Positions 16,640-25,653 of a DNA stretch of 64,000 nt are shown here, piece after piece (position 1 is the stretch's first letter; every line of letters starts with the position of its first letter). The stretch covers positions 32,001 to 96,000 of the IMG/VR virus record IMGVR_UViG_3300020733_000010. One strand, 5' to 3'. The stretch is from a virus. The position numbers and the translations under genes were made by a program. A model generated the notes under the pieces. It was given only the letters and a program-made list of their open reading frames with translations. It had not been told where the DNA came from and did no database searches.

Positions 16640-16934
16640 CTACCAACCCGTTGCTATGCCTATCTCTATGACCATCTAGGTCTTGAAACAAGCGATGTTC
16701 TTGTGCTGTGAGTTTATCTTTATGTGTTTTGCGTGGGTTACCACACATATAACACTTTGGATTACCACAATCCATAGCATGATGCTTAGCCAAACGATGA
16801 GGTTGTTTCTCGCTGGGACTACGCATTGTACCTGGAATATGCGCTGCTTTAGCAATCTTTAACTGTCTTGCGATTGCTACGTCGGTCTTATGACGGCGAC
16901 GGCTATTTAGAAATTTTGCTTGTTCGTTGCTCAT
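16623..16934 (-). CDS. basic hypothetical protein with a Cys/His cluster
   Basis: HHAMDCGNPKCYMCGNPR. Confidence 0.6.
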   Translation of the reverse strand: MSNEQAKFLNSRRRHKTDVAIARQLKIAKAAHIPGTMRSPSEKQPHRLAKHHAMDCGNPKCYMCGNPRKTHKDKLTAQEHRLFQDLDGHRDRHSNGLVDESEE

Positions 16935-16970
16935 ACTATATTATATATATGACAATATATTTATCGCAAG

Positions 16971-16994
16971 AAAAAAGGCTACCGAAGTAGCCTT
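16971..16994 (-). terminator. intrinsic terminator of the tmRNA
   Basis: AAGGCTAC-TTCG-GTAGCCTT followed by a T run (cUUCGg tetraloop). Confidence 0.9.
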
Positions 16995-17255
16995 CTTAAG
17001 TAGCGTTTGGTTATAAGGCGCTACTCAAACCTCATTTAGGCTGCAAGAGCCCAAACAGCATCATTGGCTGCATTTACTTTGTTTTCTTCTTTTTACATCG
17101 TTGCTGATGTGCTGTCCAGTCAAATACTGATTACCCAATCGATCACCATGTCCGCCCCACTAAAAAACTCTTTTTCAAAAAAAATCTTTTGGTGGAGCGG
17201 GGGGTTTCGAAACCCCGTCTTGAATACTTTTCTTTTTCCTTCATACAGCAATAAC
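16995..17255 (-). ncRNA. ssrA: circularly permuted (two-piece) tmRNA
   Basis: The acceptor piece ends GACGGGGTTTCGAAACCCCCCGCTCCACCA at 17190. A 31-nt intervening segment follows, then the coding piece starting GGGGCGGACATGGTGATCGAT at 17158. Acceptor stem GGGGCGG/CCGCTCC has G3-U70. Tag frame 17071-17036 is AANDAVWALAA*. Outer ends approximate. Confidence 0.9.
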
Positions 17256-17258
17256 TTA

Positions 17259-17264
17259 TATTTA
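17259..17264 (-). promoter_or_regulatory. late promoter in front of the tmRNA
   Basis: ATTAAATATA on the minus strand. Confidence 0.55.
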
Positions 17265-17302
17265 ATCATAATTGACAATACCTGTCAATTAGTTTGGGTA
17301 AG

Positions 17303-17866
17303 TTATTTTGCTAATGGGTTATCCATTGCTTTCTGTATCTTTGAATCAACTTCTTTACGAACTTCTTTTAGTGATTGATCTACTTCTTTGCTGTTGCGGC
17401 GTAGTTCTTGTTGTACATCTCGTACTGCTTGATCTGTTTCACGAGCACTTTGTTTTTGACTGCGCTCTACATTTTCAACAACACCTTCTAGACGACGGAT
17501 ATCGCCTTTAAGATCGTTTTTAATGTCACGAGTATAATCCGCTGTTTTGTTTGCACTGTCTTGAACCGCGGCTGCTGTTTCGTTTTGATTCTTTTCAATT
17601 ACTGACAAACGCTTGTCAAACTCGCTCAAGTCTGGGGCTACATATTCGGCAATCTTTTTCTTCATGCCCATGTAGTCATTGTAAACTTGAAAGCATCCAT
17701 ACAAGCCACCTATGATTGAACTTGCTAATGTAAATGCCACCATTAGTTTAGCTGGTGTGAATTCGTAGCCGCCAATACTGATTACAGTATCAGCACTTGC
17801 GTACTTCTTTACTGCTGCTTCTGCTTCGTCAATTTTTTGATTGACATCTTTAATTTCTTCTGTCAT
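17303..17866 (-). CDS. membrane-anchored coiled-coil protein
   Basis: One hydrophobic helix (LMVAFTLASSIIGGLYGCF) followed by heptad-rich helix. Confidence 0.7.
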   Translation of the reverse strand: MTEEIKDVNQKIDEAEAAVKKYASADTVISIGGYEFTPAKLMVAFTLASSIIGGLYGCFQVYNDYMGMKKKIAEYVAPDLSEFDKRLSVIEKNQNETAAAVQDSANKTADYTRDIKNDLKGDIRRLEGVVENVERSQKQSARETDQAVRDVQQELRRNSKEVDQSLKEVRKEVDSKIQKAMDNPLAK

Positions 17867-17867
17867 T

Positions 17868-19853
17868 TTAGTTTCCTAGTTTATATTGGCTCTCAACCAT
17901 TTCTTCCCATTTGTATTCGCTGGGACCTGCTAACCTACGCTGTGCATTGCGATTGTCTGTGACTGGTTTACTATATTGTCTTGCCATTTGCAATGCATTC
18001 GTATCTGGTACAATTGAATTCTGATATGCAGTGAATCCTGGTACATAGCCCATTGCTGCTACTACTGCACCCTGTGCTGCAACTTGTGCTTCTAGTGTAG
18101 CTGCCTTCTTCATGTTTTCTGCTGCTGCCTTAGCTTTTGCACCTGCTTCTTTCTTTTGTTCTTCTTTACTTTCAGATTTGCTTGCTGTTGTAGTTGAACT
18201 TGAAGAACTAGAACTATTAGTTGTTGAACTAGTAGGGGTTTGTGCTAAACTTGTAGCACTTGTTGGGCTAGTTGCATTTGGTGTATTGATAACGCTAGTC
18301 ACACTGGTTACGCTTGTAGGGCTAGTTGTACTTGGTACAACTGTTGCACTTTGCACTGGTGTCTGAACTATAGTAGGTGTTATCGTATTGTTTGTAGTTG
18401 TTACTACAGTTACTGGTGCCACATAATTACTACATCCAGGTTGTGGATTAATTTTACAACTATCTGTAAATTGTTTGGCTTGATACGCTGCTTGATATCC
18501 GGGACAATTGCTTGCAAATAATGGACTAATACGACATTGTTGGTCATGGTATGCTGCTTGATATCCTGGACAACTTGTTGAATATAATTGACTCATGCTA
18601 CATTGCTGTGTCAAGTATGCTTGTTGATATCCAGGGCAAGTTACACTATACAATTGATTTTGGTTGCAACTTTGTGCAAACGCAGCCTGTTGGTATCCAG
18701 GACATGCTGTATTATATAATGGGTTAGCTGTACATTGTTGATTAAAGTATGCTTGTTGATAACCAGGGCATTGTGTACTATACAATTGATTTGCTGTACA
18801 TTGTTGTGTTAAAAATGCTTGTTGGTAGCCGGGACAATCACTTGCAAATAATGGACTGATATTGCATTGTTGAGCATGATATGCCACTTGATACCCGGGG
18901 CAACTTGTACTGTACAATTGATTTGCGTTACATTGTTGGTTAAAATATGCTGTTTGGTAACCAGGACATCCAGTATCATATAACGGGTTAGCCGTACATT
19001 GTTGATTGTAATATGCCTGTTGATAACCGGGACATGCTGTTCCATATAATGGATTTATGCTACATTGTTGTTGAACATACGCTGCTTGATAACCAGGACA
19101 TGTTGAAGCGTACAATGGATTGGAGCTACATTGTTGATTGAAGTAAGCAGTTTGATATCCAGCACAACTTGTACTGTACAAGGGGTTTGCGTTACATTGT
19201 TGTGTTAGGTACGCTTGTGCATAGCCATTGCAACTTGTTGAACTCAATGGATTGCTTGCACAAGGATCGCTGCCATAGTTTAATCTAACGTCAATGTTTT
19301 GTACTGCTGGTCCGTAGTAGCCAGCCCAACCTCTATTGTCATGCCCACTAAAGCTGATGCGTAGGCCACTGACCGCACTGAGTGCATAAGGGTTGGTGAA
19401 TGTCTGTGTGCCACTCATGGGCGTCCATGCTGCCGCTGTTGCGCCCATTGAGTAGTTATAGCTCTGTAGTGTGGCACCATTGGGTGCTGTCAGTGAGATA
19501 TTGCCAGTCAAAGTACCAGCATTGTAGCCATTGTTCCAATAGTTCCAGTAGTAGTTGTAGCCGCTGATTTGCACACCACTGCCTTGTAGCGCATTGTTGA
19601 TGGCGATGGTTTGTTGAACTGTGGCTTGGTTGTAACTGAAATAGATTCCGCCACCCGCCTGCAGATTACCGGTATCCACATAGGCAGTATTGCCAGTACA
19701 GCACCCAAGCACATTGCGTGGGTTGTTATTGATTGCCCCGCTCATTGCTTGTCCAGTCCATGCTGTTGGATTAACTAAGTTGTTGGTAGTTTGTGTCTGC
19801 GCTAAACTGATTGATACTACCAACGCTAATACTAGCGCAAATAGTTGCTTCAT
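17868..19853 (-). CDS. secreted protein with 12 Cys-rich 22-aa tandem repeats and an S/T-rich stalk
   Basis: Signal peptide; repeats C.xNPLYxxxCPGYQxAYxxQQ. Confidence 0.8.
   Translation of the reverse strand: MKQLFALVLALVVSISLAQTQTTNNLVNPTAWTGQAMSGAINNNPRNVLGCCTGNTAYVDTGNLQAGGGIYFSYNQATVQQTIAINNALQGSGVQISGYNYYWNYWNNGYNAGTLTGNISLTAPNGATLQSYNYSMGATAAAWTPMSGTQTFTNPYALSAVSGLRISFSGHDNRGWAGYYGPAVQNIDVRLNYGSDPCASNPLSSTSCNGYAQAYLTQQCNANPLYSTSCAGYQTAYFNQQCSSNPLYASTCPGYQAAYVQQQCSINPLYGTACPGYQQAYYNQQCTANPLYDTGCPGYQTAYFNQQCNANQLYSTSCPGYQVAYHAQQCNISPLFASDCPGYQQAFLTQQCTANQLYSTQCPGYQQAYFNQQCTANPLYNTACPGYQQAAFAQSCNQNQLYSVTCPGYQQAYLTQQCSMSQLYSTSCPGYQAAYHDQQCRISPLFASNCPGYQAAYQAKQFTDSCKINPQPGCSNYVAPVTVVTTTNNTITPTIVQTPVQSATVVPSTTSPTSVTSVTSVINTPNATSPTSATSLAQTPTSSTTNSSSSSSSTTTASKSESKEEQKKEAGAKAKAAAENMKKAATLEAQVAAQGAVVAAMGYVPGFTAYQNSIVPDTNALQMARQYSKPVTDNRNAQRRLAGPSEYKWEEMVESQYKLGN
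18471..19262 (-). repeat. 12 x 66-bp coding tandem repeat
   Basis: CASNPLSSTSCNGYAQAYLTQQ through CRISPLFASNCPGYQAAYQAKQ. Confidence 0.9.
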
Positions 19854-20314
19854 CTTTTCTCAGTTACAACTTTAGGTTGACGCTCTGGGTGTTCTTCCCA
19901 TGCTGTTTTTGCTTCTTGACCGATCTTACCATCAATAGGACATGGTGTGCCTGCTGCCATCATAGCATCAAATACACGACGGTCTTGACACATTGTAGCA
20001 ACTGCTGCAACTTTCATACCCATATCAAATAGTGTCTTGCTTAGTTTTAAGCGTTCACAGTTCCAGTCTGTTGTTGTACCGCCAAAGCTGATACCTAGAA
20101 TCTGTGTTTGTGCTGCACCACCAAAACCCACAGCACAAACATCACTATTAATGTTGGTAATAGTTGGACTGATTGCGCTAGGTGGAGGACTTTTAACCGT
20201 AGTTGTGGTTTCTCCGTTAGTTGTGGTTGTGCTTGTAGATTCTGTTACGATAGGTTGCGATAGCGCAGCCGTAGTAACCAAAAGGAATGTCAGGCTTGTT
20301 ATTATTTTTCTCAT
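19850..20314 (-). CDS. secreted Cys-containing protein
   Basis: Start MRKIITSL at 20314 after a late promoter (20334-20339) and GGGAG; signal peptide; four Cys. Confidence 0.7.
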   Translation of the reverse strand: MRKIITSLTFLLVTTAALSQPIVTESTSTTTTNGETTTTVKSPPPSAISPTITNINSDVCAVGFGGAAQTQILGISFGGTTTDWNCERLKLSKTLFDMGMKVAAVATMCQDRRVFDAMMAAGTPCPIDGKIGQEAKTAWEEHPERQPKVVTEKR

Positions 20315-20371
20315 TATTGTTGACTCCCTAATATATTTAGTATTGGGTAGTGTCAAATAATGTCAATATAA

Positions 20372-20467
20372 TTACTCGCCGTCTTCATGTTGACTTTTCC
20401 AATCCATAATCCAATAGATTGCTGCGCCGACAACTAATAAAAATAGTATCCAAAATAGTGTTGTCAT
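20372..20467 (-). CDS. 31-aa single-pass membrane peptide (missed by the track)
   Basis: MTTLFWILFLLVVGAAIYWIMDWKSQHEDGE*. Confidence 0.5.
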   Translation of the reverse strand: MTTLFWILFLLVVGAAIYWIMDWKSQHEDGE

Positions 20468-20471
20468 ATTG

Positions 20472-22193
20472 TTATTTATTGTAGTGTTCACTCAACCAAG
20501 CCCAGTCATAACTTAATTTCAGTTTTGTCATGTCCCCACCGACTTCATTGAAATAATCAATTGCATCTTTTGCACCTTTAACACTTGCTTGGGCAAAAGG
20601 ACCTTCTGCATTGTTTATCCATACTGATAAACGCTTTGCTGACTCTTTATCTGTTGCGTTTCTAAGTTTGATGCATTCTCTAAAAGTAGTACGCCAAACA
20701 TCCCACTCACTATTAAACACTGCGGTACCGGACAACATATCGACCACTTCCGTTTTGCTATCCATTGTAAAATCTAATCCTTGTCCTGTGGTTGCAAGTG
20801 TTAGTTTTTTATTGTTTGCAACCATAGCCATATGACCATAAACTAAGCCATTGATAGGATTCTTTGCTTTGAAAATATAATGTCTACGTGATTGCATGAT
20901 GTTAGGTTGCCAATTAAAATCAAAATCACTGTTGACTTTAAGTTTAGCATTGACAAGAAAGTACCAAGGTGTATCCGAACTGTTTGCTGCTGCATATTGA
21001 CTAGCAATGCGACCATTAACCTTGTCTACTCTAACAATTCTATTTGGTAAGTTAAGACTTAGTAAATGGTTGTAATTATCTTCTGCACAAGTTTCACCGT
21101 TGCTAAAGAATACAATGTCCAATGGTTTACGATAACCCATGAGTTTGTCTGTGATTATGTAAGGATAGTCTGTTAATTTTTCAACTAAGTGAGATTTGAT
21201 TGTATTAGGGACAATTGCACAATCTTCATATAACAATGCGTACTCACATTCAGGGTTGCGTTTATACAAAGCTGTGTTGTAATCTAATACGTGCTGTGTA
21301 TTTTGAAAGTGAACATATTTGGTTTTAAACTTATGTTCCATGACAGCATCAAATATAGAATCTTCAAAAGATAATTTTTCTATTTCAAGTTTTGCTTTTG
21401 GATAATCAACGTACTTTGTTTCTGTTGCACCCTTGACTCTATGCATAACCGTAGGCATAAACTCAGGTGTATGGAACTCGTTGCCAAAGATATAGGTGTA
21501 GGGAGGGTCATTAGGATTAGGTCTCCAACTATAATCAAAGTCAGTAATTGCTTCTAATCCTCTAAATTTTTTGTTATTGAGTTTGATGATCGCAAACATA
21601 TCATCAACATATTTTGTATCACCGTTAGTGCCTTTATACTTTAATGTAGGCATTGTTTTGCCGTCATACCACTGATTACCAAACACAAAATTCATAGGTG
21701 GCTCATGGTAACTAGGTATCCAGCTATAATCAAACTCTATGTCATCATCTACTAATATTTCAAAGTTATCTTTGTTGGGTAGTAGCGTTGCTTTTATTTC
21801 TGTAACAAACTTTTTCTCCGTTGCACCTCTAACTCTATATTGGTATGTGGGCATATCATCATGCCATTGATTACTAAACACATATATGAAGGGTGGCTCA
21901 GTATCATCTGGATGCCAACTATAATCAATTGTTGCATTAGAGACTAATGGTCTCCAGTTGCGATTATTAGGATCAGGTAGTTTCTTTACACGTTGACATG
22001 ACTGATACTTAACACCGTCATGCTCTTGTACTACAAATCTTGGTCCACCTGTCTTCTGCCACTGTGTACCAAACTGATGAATATAGGGAGGATCGTATGG
22101 GTCGGGGCGCCATGAGTAGTCAAACCCAATTGAATCTATATAATCAGGTACTTCCCAATAATTATCATCTTCAACATAAATTTTATGTAGCAT
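20472..22193 (-). CDS. glycosyltransferase-like protein with four N-terminal DYSWxP...QW repeats
   Basis: C-terminal DIVFFSNGE...RVDKVNG...AAA.SDTPWY resembles ORF 25653..26597. Confidence 0.55.
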   Translation of the reverse strand: MLHKIYVEDDNYWEVPDYIDSIGFDYSWRPDPYDPPYIHQFGTQWQKTGGPRFVVQEHDGVKYQSCQRVKKLPDPNNRNWRPLVSNATIDYSWHPDDTEPPFIYVFSNQWHDDMPTYQYRVRGATEKKFVTEIKATLLPNKDNFEILVDDDIEFDYSWIPSYHEPPMNFVFGNQWYDGKTMPTLKYKGTNGDTKYVDDMFAIIKLNNKKFRGLEAITDFDYSWRPNPNDPPYTYIFGNEFHTPEFMPTVMHRVKGATETKYVDYPKAKLEIEKLSFEDSIFDAVMEHKFKTKYVHFQNTQHVLDYNTALYKRNPECEYALLYEDCAIVPNTIKSHLVEKLTDYPYIITDKLMGYRKPLDIVFFSNGETCAEDNYNHLLSLNLPNRIVRVDKVNGRIASQYAAANSSDTPWYFLVNAKLKVNSDFDFNWQPNIMQSRRHYIFKAKNPINGLVYGHMAMVANNKKLTLATTGQGLDFTMDSKTEVVDMLSGTAVFNSEWDVWRTTFRECIKLRNATDKESAKRLSVWINNAEGPFAQASVKGAKDAIDYFNEVGGDMTKLKLSYDWAWLSEHYNK

Positions 22194-23475
22194 GTTTGTC
22201 TAGTATATCTGCTAACCACGGTAGTACATCACGTAGTTTTTGATTGCGTAGTGCATCAATTGTTTTAGTTGAGTTATATAATTTTGGTAATAAAGCAGTC
22301 TTGTCTTCGGCAAACATGAATGTCAATATACCTGAATAGGACTGTCGTACTCCATCTGCCCAGTCTTTACCCATACAATTTTCAATCTCAATATAGAATT
22401 GTTCATATTGTTGTTTAATATATTGTTTAGTTTCATAAGGTAGCACTTGGACACACATTTCATTTGGTCCTACTAACATATGATAGCTTGGTATTCTTCG
22501 TAGTCTAGGATATCCTTTATCTAGTAACCACTTTGACATATTTAAAAAATCTAATATATTGTATACGTTAACCGTAGTTGATATAGATCCATGTATATGT
22601 TTACTAGTGTTATATCCTAGTTTATCTACGTTCTTTTGAACAACGTCCCATGTGCTAGGATTTCTCAAATAGAATGCTAGTTCTCCTGTGCCATCCAAAC
22701 TACAGCCAATTCCAACTTCTTTAAAGTTTTCCCATAGGTCATATAGTTTATCAGGTACTGCAAACATGTTTGAGTTGTATTCAAGCATGACTTGTTTACT
22801 GTACCCCATTTCAATTATCTTTTCTAATAACTTGAAGTGTGTTTTGTTGACGGTTGGTTCACCGCCGGTGAAGTAATATCTGTCAACGTATGGTATAACT
22901 TTTTCAATCTTGTTCCAAAATTTAGGATTTTCATACCAACTAAAGTCGTCTGAATCAACCTCATACTTGTTGTTCGTTTTTGATATTTGATATGTCTTTG
23001 AATTATAAAAATTCATAACTGCCGGTTGTTGACCAGACAGTAATGCATATTCTTCATACCACAAACTGCTATCAGTAGGTCCACAGTAACGACAACGCAA
23101 ATTACATAAATTACCAAATCGTAAGTCTAAGTATCTAACAGGAAACTTAGATGTATCAATAGTTCCATCAGTTAGTGTTTCTTCATATTTTACATCAGAA
23201 TATGCACGTAGCATGTGATTACGTTTACTATGTAATCCGTGACTTTCTTCTTCATAGCACAAGTTACATGTTGGATTCTTAATATCATTCAACATATCAA
23301 CACGTAGTTGTTTGAACTCAACTGAATTCCTAACATCGTTAATTTCAGTATTGTTGATTGTTGCTCCTTTGATCTTTCCAAAAGGAGGATGAACTGCTTG
23401 GCAACATATTCTATAATCACCGTTTTGTTGTACTGCTGTGTGTACCCAAGGAATAGGACAAATACTACTGTTCAT
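22183..23475 (-). CDS. radical SAM protein with twitch/SPASM-like N-terminus
   Basis: CNLRCRYC; YFTGGEP; N-terminal CPIPW...GDYRICC...CNLC. Confidence 0.9.
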   Translation of the reverse strand: MNSSICPIPWVHTAVQQNGDYRICCQAVHPPFGKIKGATINNTEINDVRNSVEFKQLRVDMLNDIKNPTCNLCYEEESHGLHSKRNHMLRAYSDVKYEETLTDGTIDTSKFPVRYLDLRFGNLCNLRCRYCGPTDSSLWYEEYALLSGQQPAVMNFYNSKTYQISKTNNKYEVDSDDFSWYENPKFWNKIEKVIPYVDRYYFTGGEPTVNKTHFKLLEKIIEMGYSKQVMLEYNSNMFAVPDKLYDLWENFKEVGIGCSLDGTGELAFYLRNPSTWDVVQKNVDKLGYNTSKHIHGSISTTVNVYNILDFLNMSKWLLDKGYPRLRRIPSYHMLVGPNEMCVQVLPYETKQYIKQQYEQFYIEIENCMGKDWADGVRQSYSGILTFMFAEDKTALLPKLYNSTKTIDALRNQKLRDVLPWLADILDKHAT

Positions 23476-24704
23476 TGATATTTAAATTTCTCTAGTTGTT
23501 CTTCTGTGTATTCTACTAACTTTCCGCCATCAAGTAATGAACGAATTGGAACTAGGCTTAACATTCCTTTTATTCTATTATTTGCTCCTGGTTTATTTAG
23601 TGTACCTAAACTTTCAATCTTTGATTTTAAGTTAACTGCCCTATCGACATACTGAGGCGGAGCCATAAGTTTAATCTCTAGCCAGTGGTCATCGTCATGT
23701 TCATCAAAGTGTTTGCATATTGCTTCAATGTTTCTTACAAACCTATCTTCTTCTTTTTCAGTTGTCAATCCATCAAAGTGTGCGCTTAAATTGATACTGT
23801 TCATGTATTGAACTAACTCACCCCAGTACTTGTAATCTCTAGTTCCATTACTAGTAACCATTGTCCATTGATTTCTATTCTTTAGATGTTTCATTAGTTC
23901 TAAAAATTGTGGGTGTAGTGTAGGTTCTCCTCCACCAAAATTCCAACGTATTGATTCTCCGTGTGACCAATCATCTATTATTTTATCCACTGTATTGACT
24001 AGCACAGAAAAATCTTTATGTTCTTCAACTCTATTGTGTACTCCTGCCCAACAGTAACTACAATCATAGTTACAACGTCTTCCTATATCCCATAATATTT
24101 GATAAGGTATAGGAAAGTTCATTTCAACTGCGACTTGCTCATCTATTGAATCTACTAAATCATTCATGGTTTGTTCTTTGCCTTCCCATGAGTTATTGGT
24201 TACTACTAGTAATTCTTGATGTTCCGAAGACTTTGCTTTACTAAGTACAACATCTGCACCACATCCGCAATTATCCCAAACACAATTGAACCATTCTTTA
24301 GGTAGATCATATCCGTCAAATATATTACCCAAAAATCCCTGATACTTCTGCTTCATTTCGTCTGTATTTGGAATAAGAAACTTATGTGCATTAATAGTTT
24401 TCTTATATGCTTTGCCTAACAACTTACGTTTTTCCCACCAAGATGCATCAGGAATCTTTGGTGTTAATGGAATTATAAATTCATTCCAGCCTTTATAGTT
24501 AAATCTATCAATAACTGCACCTGCGTTATTACAAGCCCACAAATTACCATCATAGTCAATATATAGACCGCGTACACCTGCACTGCATGACCAATCTTTC
24601 CAATGATTATATCCTCTAGCTATAGTTTCATCTACCGACAGTCTTATATACTTTTTAGAACTGTCATAGATTCTAAACTGCTTGTTTGTGTTTGCATCAT
24701 CCAT
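23472..24704 (-). CDS. radical SAM protein, SPASM-like domain N-terminal
   Basis: CNYDCSYC; NFGGGEPT; N-terminal WKDWSCSAG...IDYDG...C...C.CGAD; start reassigned to 24704. Confidence 0.85.
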   Translation of the reverse strand: MDDANTNKQFRIYDSSKKYIRLSVDETIARGYNHWKDWSCSAGVRGLYIDYDGNLWACNNAGAVIDRFNYKGWNEFIIPLTPKIPDASWWEKRKLLGKAYKKTINAHKFLIPNTDEMKQKYQGFLGNIFDGYDLPKEWFNCVWDNCGCGADVVLSKAKSSEHQELLVVTNNSWEGKEQTMNDLVDSIDEQVAVEMNFPIPYQILWDIGRRCNYDCSYCWAGVHNRVEEHKDFSVLVNTVDKIIDDWSHGESIRWNFGGGEPTLHPQFLELMKHLKNRNQWTMVTSNGTRDYKYWGELVQYMNSINLSAHFDGLTTEKEEDRFVRNIEAICKHFDEHDDDHWLEIKLMAPPQYVDRAVNLKSKIESLGTLNKPGANNRIKGMLSLVPIRSLLDGGKLVEYTEEQLEKFKYQ

Positions 24705-25653
24705 TAACATACTCTTTCGTTGACATAATATCAAAATTACAATGGCACATTGTTTTATCACAAATAACTGGTTCTGATGGAAGTTTCAAATCAGTGTCAT
24801 CAATATATCCAATATGTTCACCTACTTTACACCATCCTCGATGGATGCTACCGTCCATATCAACAATCAACTGCTCTACGCCTGAATAGCATTTCCATCC
24901 AGACCAATCATTTATTTTACCACTTATGAATCTATGTGCCGACGCAACTTGCGATATGCCATCAGGAAAAACAACACGCATAGCGCCGCGATAATAGTCA
25001 AAAGATTTCGTAAACTTGATATGTTTTGTAATCAAATCATGTTGTTTATCAAACACTTCCTTTTGTTCATTAGTGTAGTCATACAGTACTTCACCAAAGT
25101 CATGTATCAAAGGTTGTAATGCCATTGACAAGTTACCTAAGTCTTTGATTCTATTTGCAACTTCAAAACATTCATCAAACTTTTCTGGGCTCATCATAAT
25201 ATTAACGTGAGTACGAATGTCATTGTGACAAATCTTTACTACTTCAATAAAATGTTCAACGTCAGCGAACTCAGGATGATAACTCAAACATACATGGTCA
25301 AAGTATTGTTTGTTTTCTTCCCAGTATCTTAATGTACGTGATCCATTTGATATTAATCCAACTTTAACACCTAACTCAGTACAGTATTGACATATTTCTA
25401 AAAAGTGTTTGTACAATGTAACTTCACCACCGGTAAATTCAAAATACAATTTCTTTTCTGGATGTTGTGTCTTTACTTTTAGTATAAAGTTTTTGATTGA
25501 TTCTAAATCAGGCCAACGTTTTGAACCATCATGCAAACCTGAAGGACAATAACTACATGCAAAGTTACATGTGTTACCTAGACACCAGTTAACAACGAAC
25601 CAATCGTTGTGTACAGGATTGCTGTGTTCTATTCTAATATATCTGTGTTCCAT
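24697..25653 (-). CDS. radical SAM protein, SPASM-like domain C-terminal
   Basis: CNFACSYC; EFTGGEVT; C-terminal WSGWKCYSG...VDMDG...C...C.CNFD. Confidence 0.9.
   Translation of the reverse strand: MEHRYIRIEHSNPVHNDWFVVNWCLGNTCNFACSYCPSGLHDGSKRWPDLESIKNFILKVKTQHPEKKLYFEFTGGEVTLYKHFLEICQYCTELGVKVGLISNGSRTLRYWEENKQYFDHVCLSYHPEFADVEHFIEVVKICHNDIRTHVNIMMSPEKFDECFEVANRIKDLGNLSMALQPLIHDFGEVLYDYTNEQKEVFDKQHDLITKHIKFTKSFDYYRGAMRVVFPDGISQVASAHRFISGKINDWSGWKCYSGVEQLIVDMDGSIHRGWCKVGEHIGYIDDTDLKLPSEPVICDKTMCHCNFDIMSTKEYVNG

Noticed and set aside
17064-17378. Plus-strand 104-aa ORF
   Set aside because: Antisense to the tmRNA; low complexity; no RBS.
18471-19262. CRISPR-like or DGR-like array
   Set aside because: The repeats are in-frame coding units with synonymous variation and no spacers, and no cas or RT gene is in the window.
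20351-20367. Second Pho box (TGTCA x2)
   Set aside because: Spacing is 10 rather than 11 nt, and it points away from the local genes.
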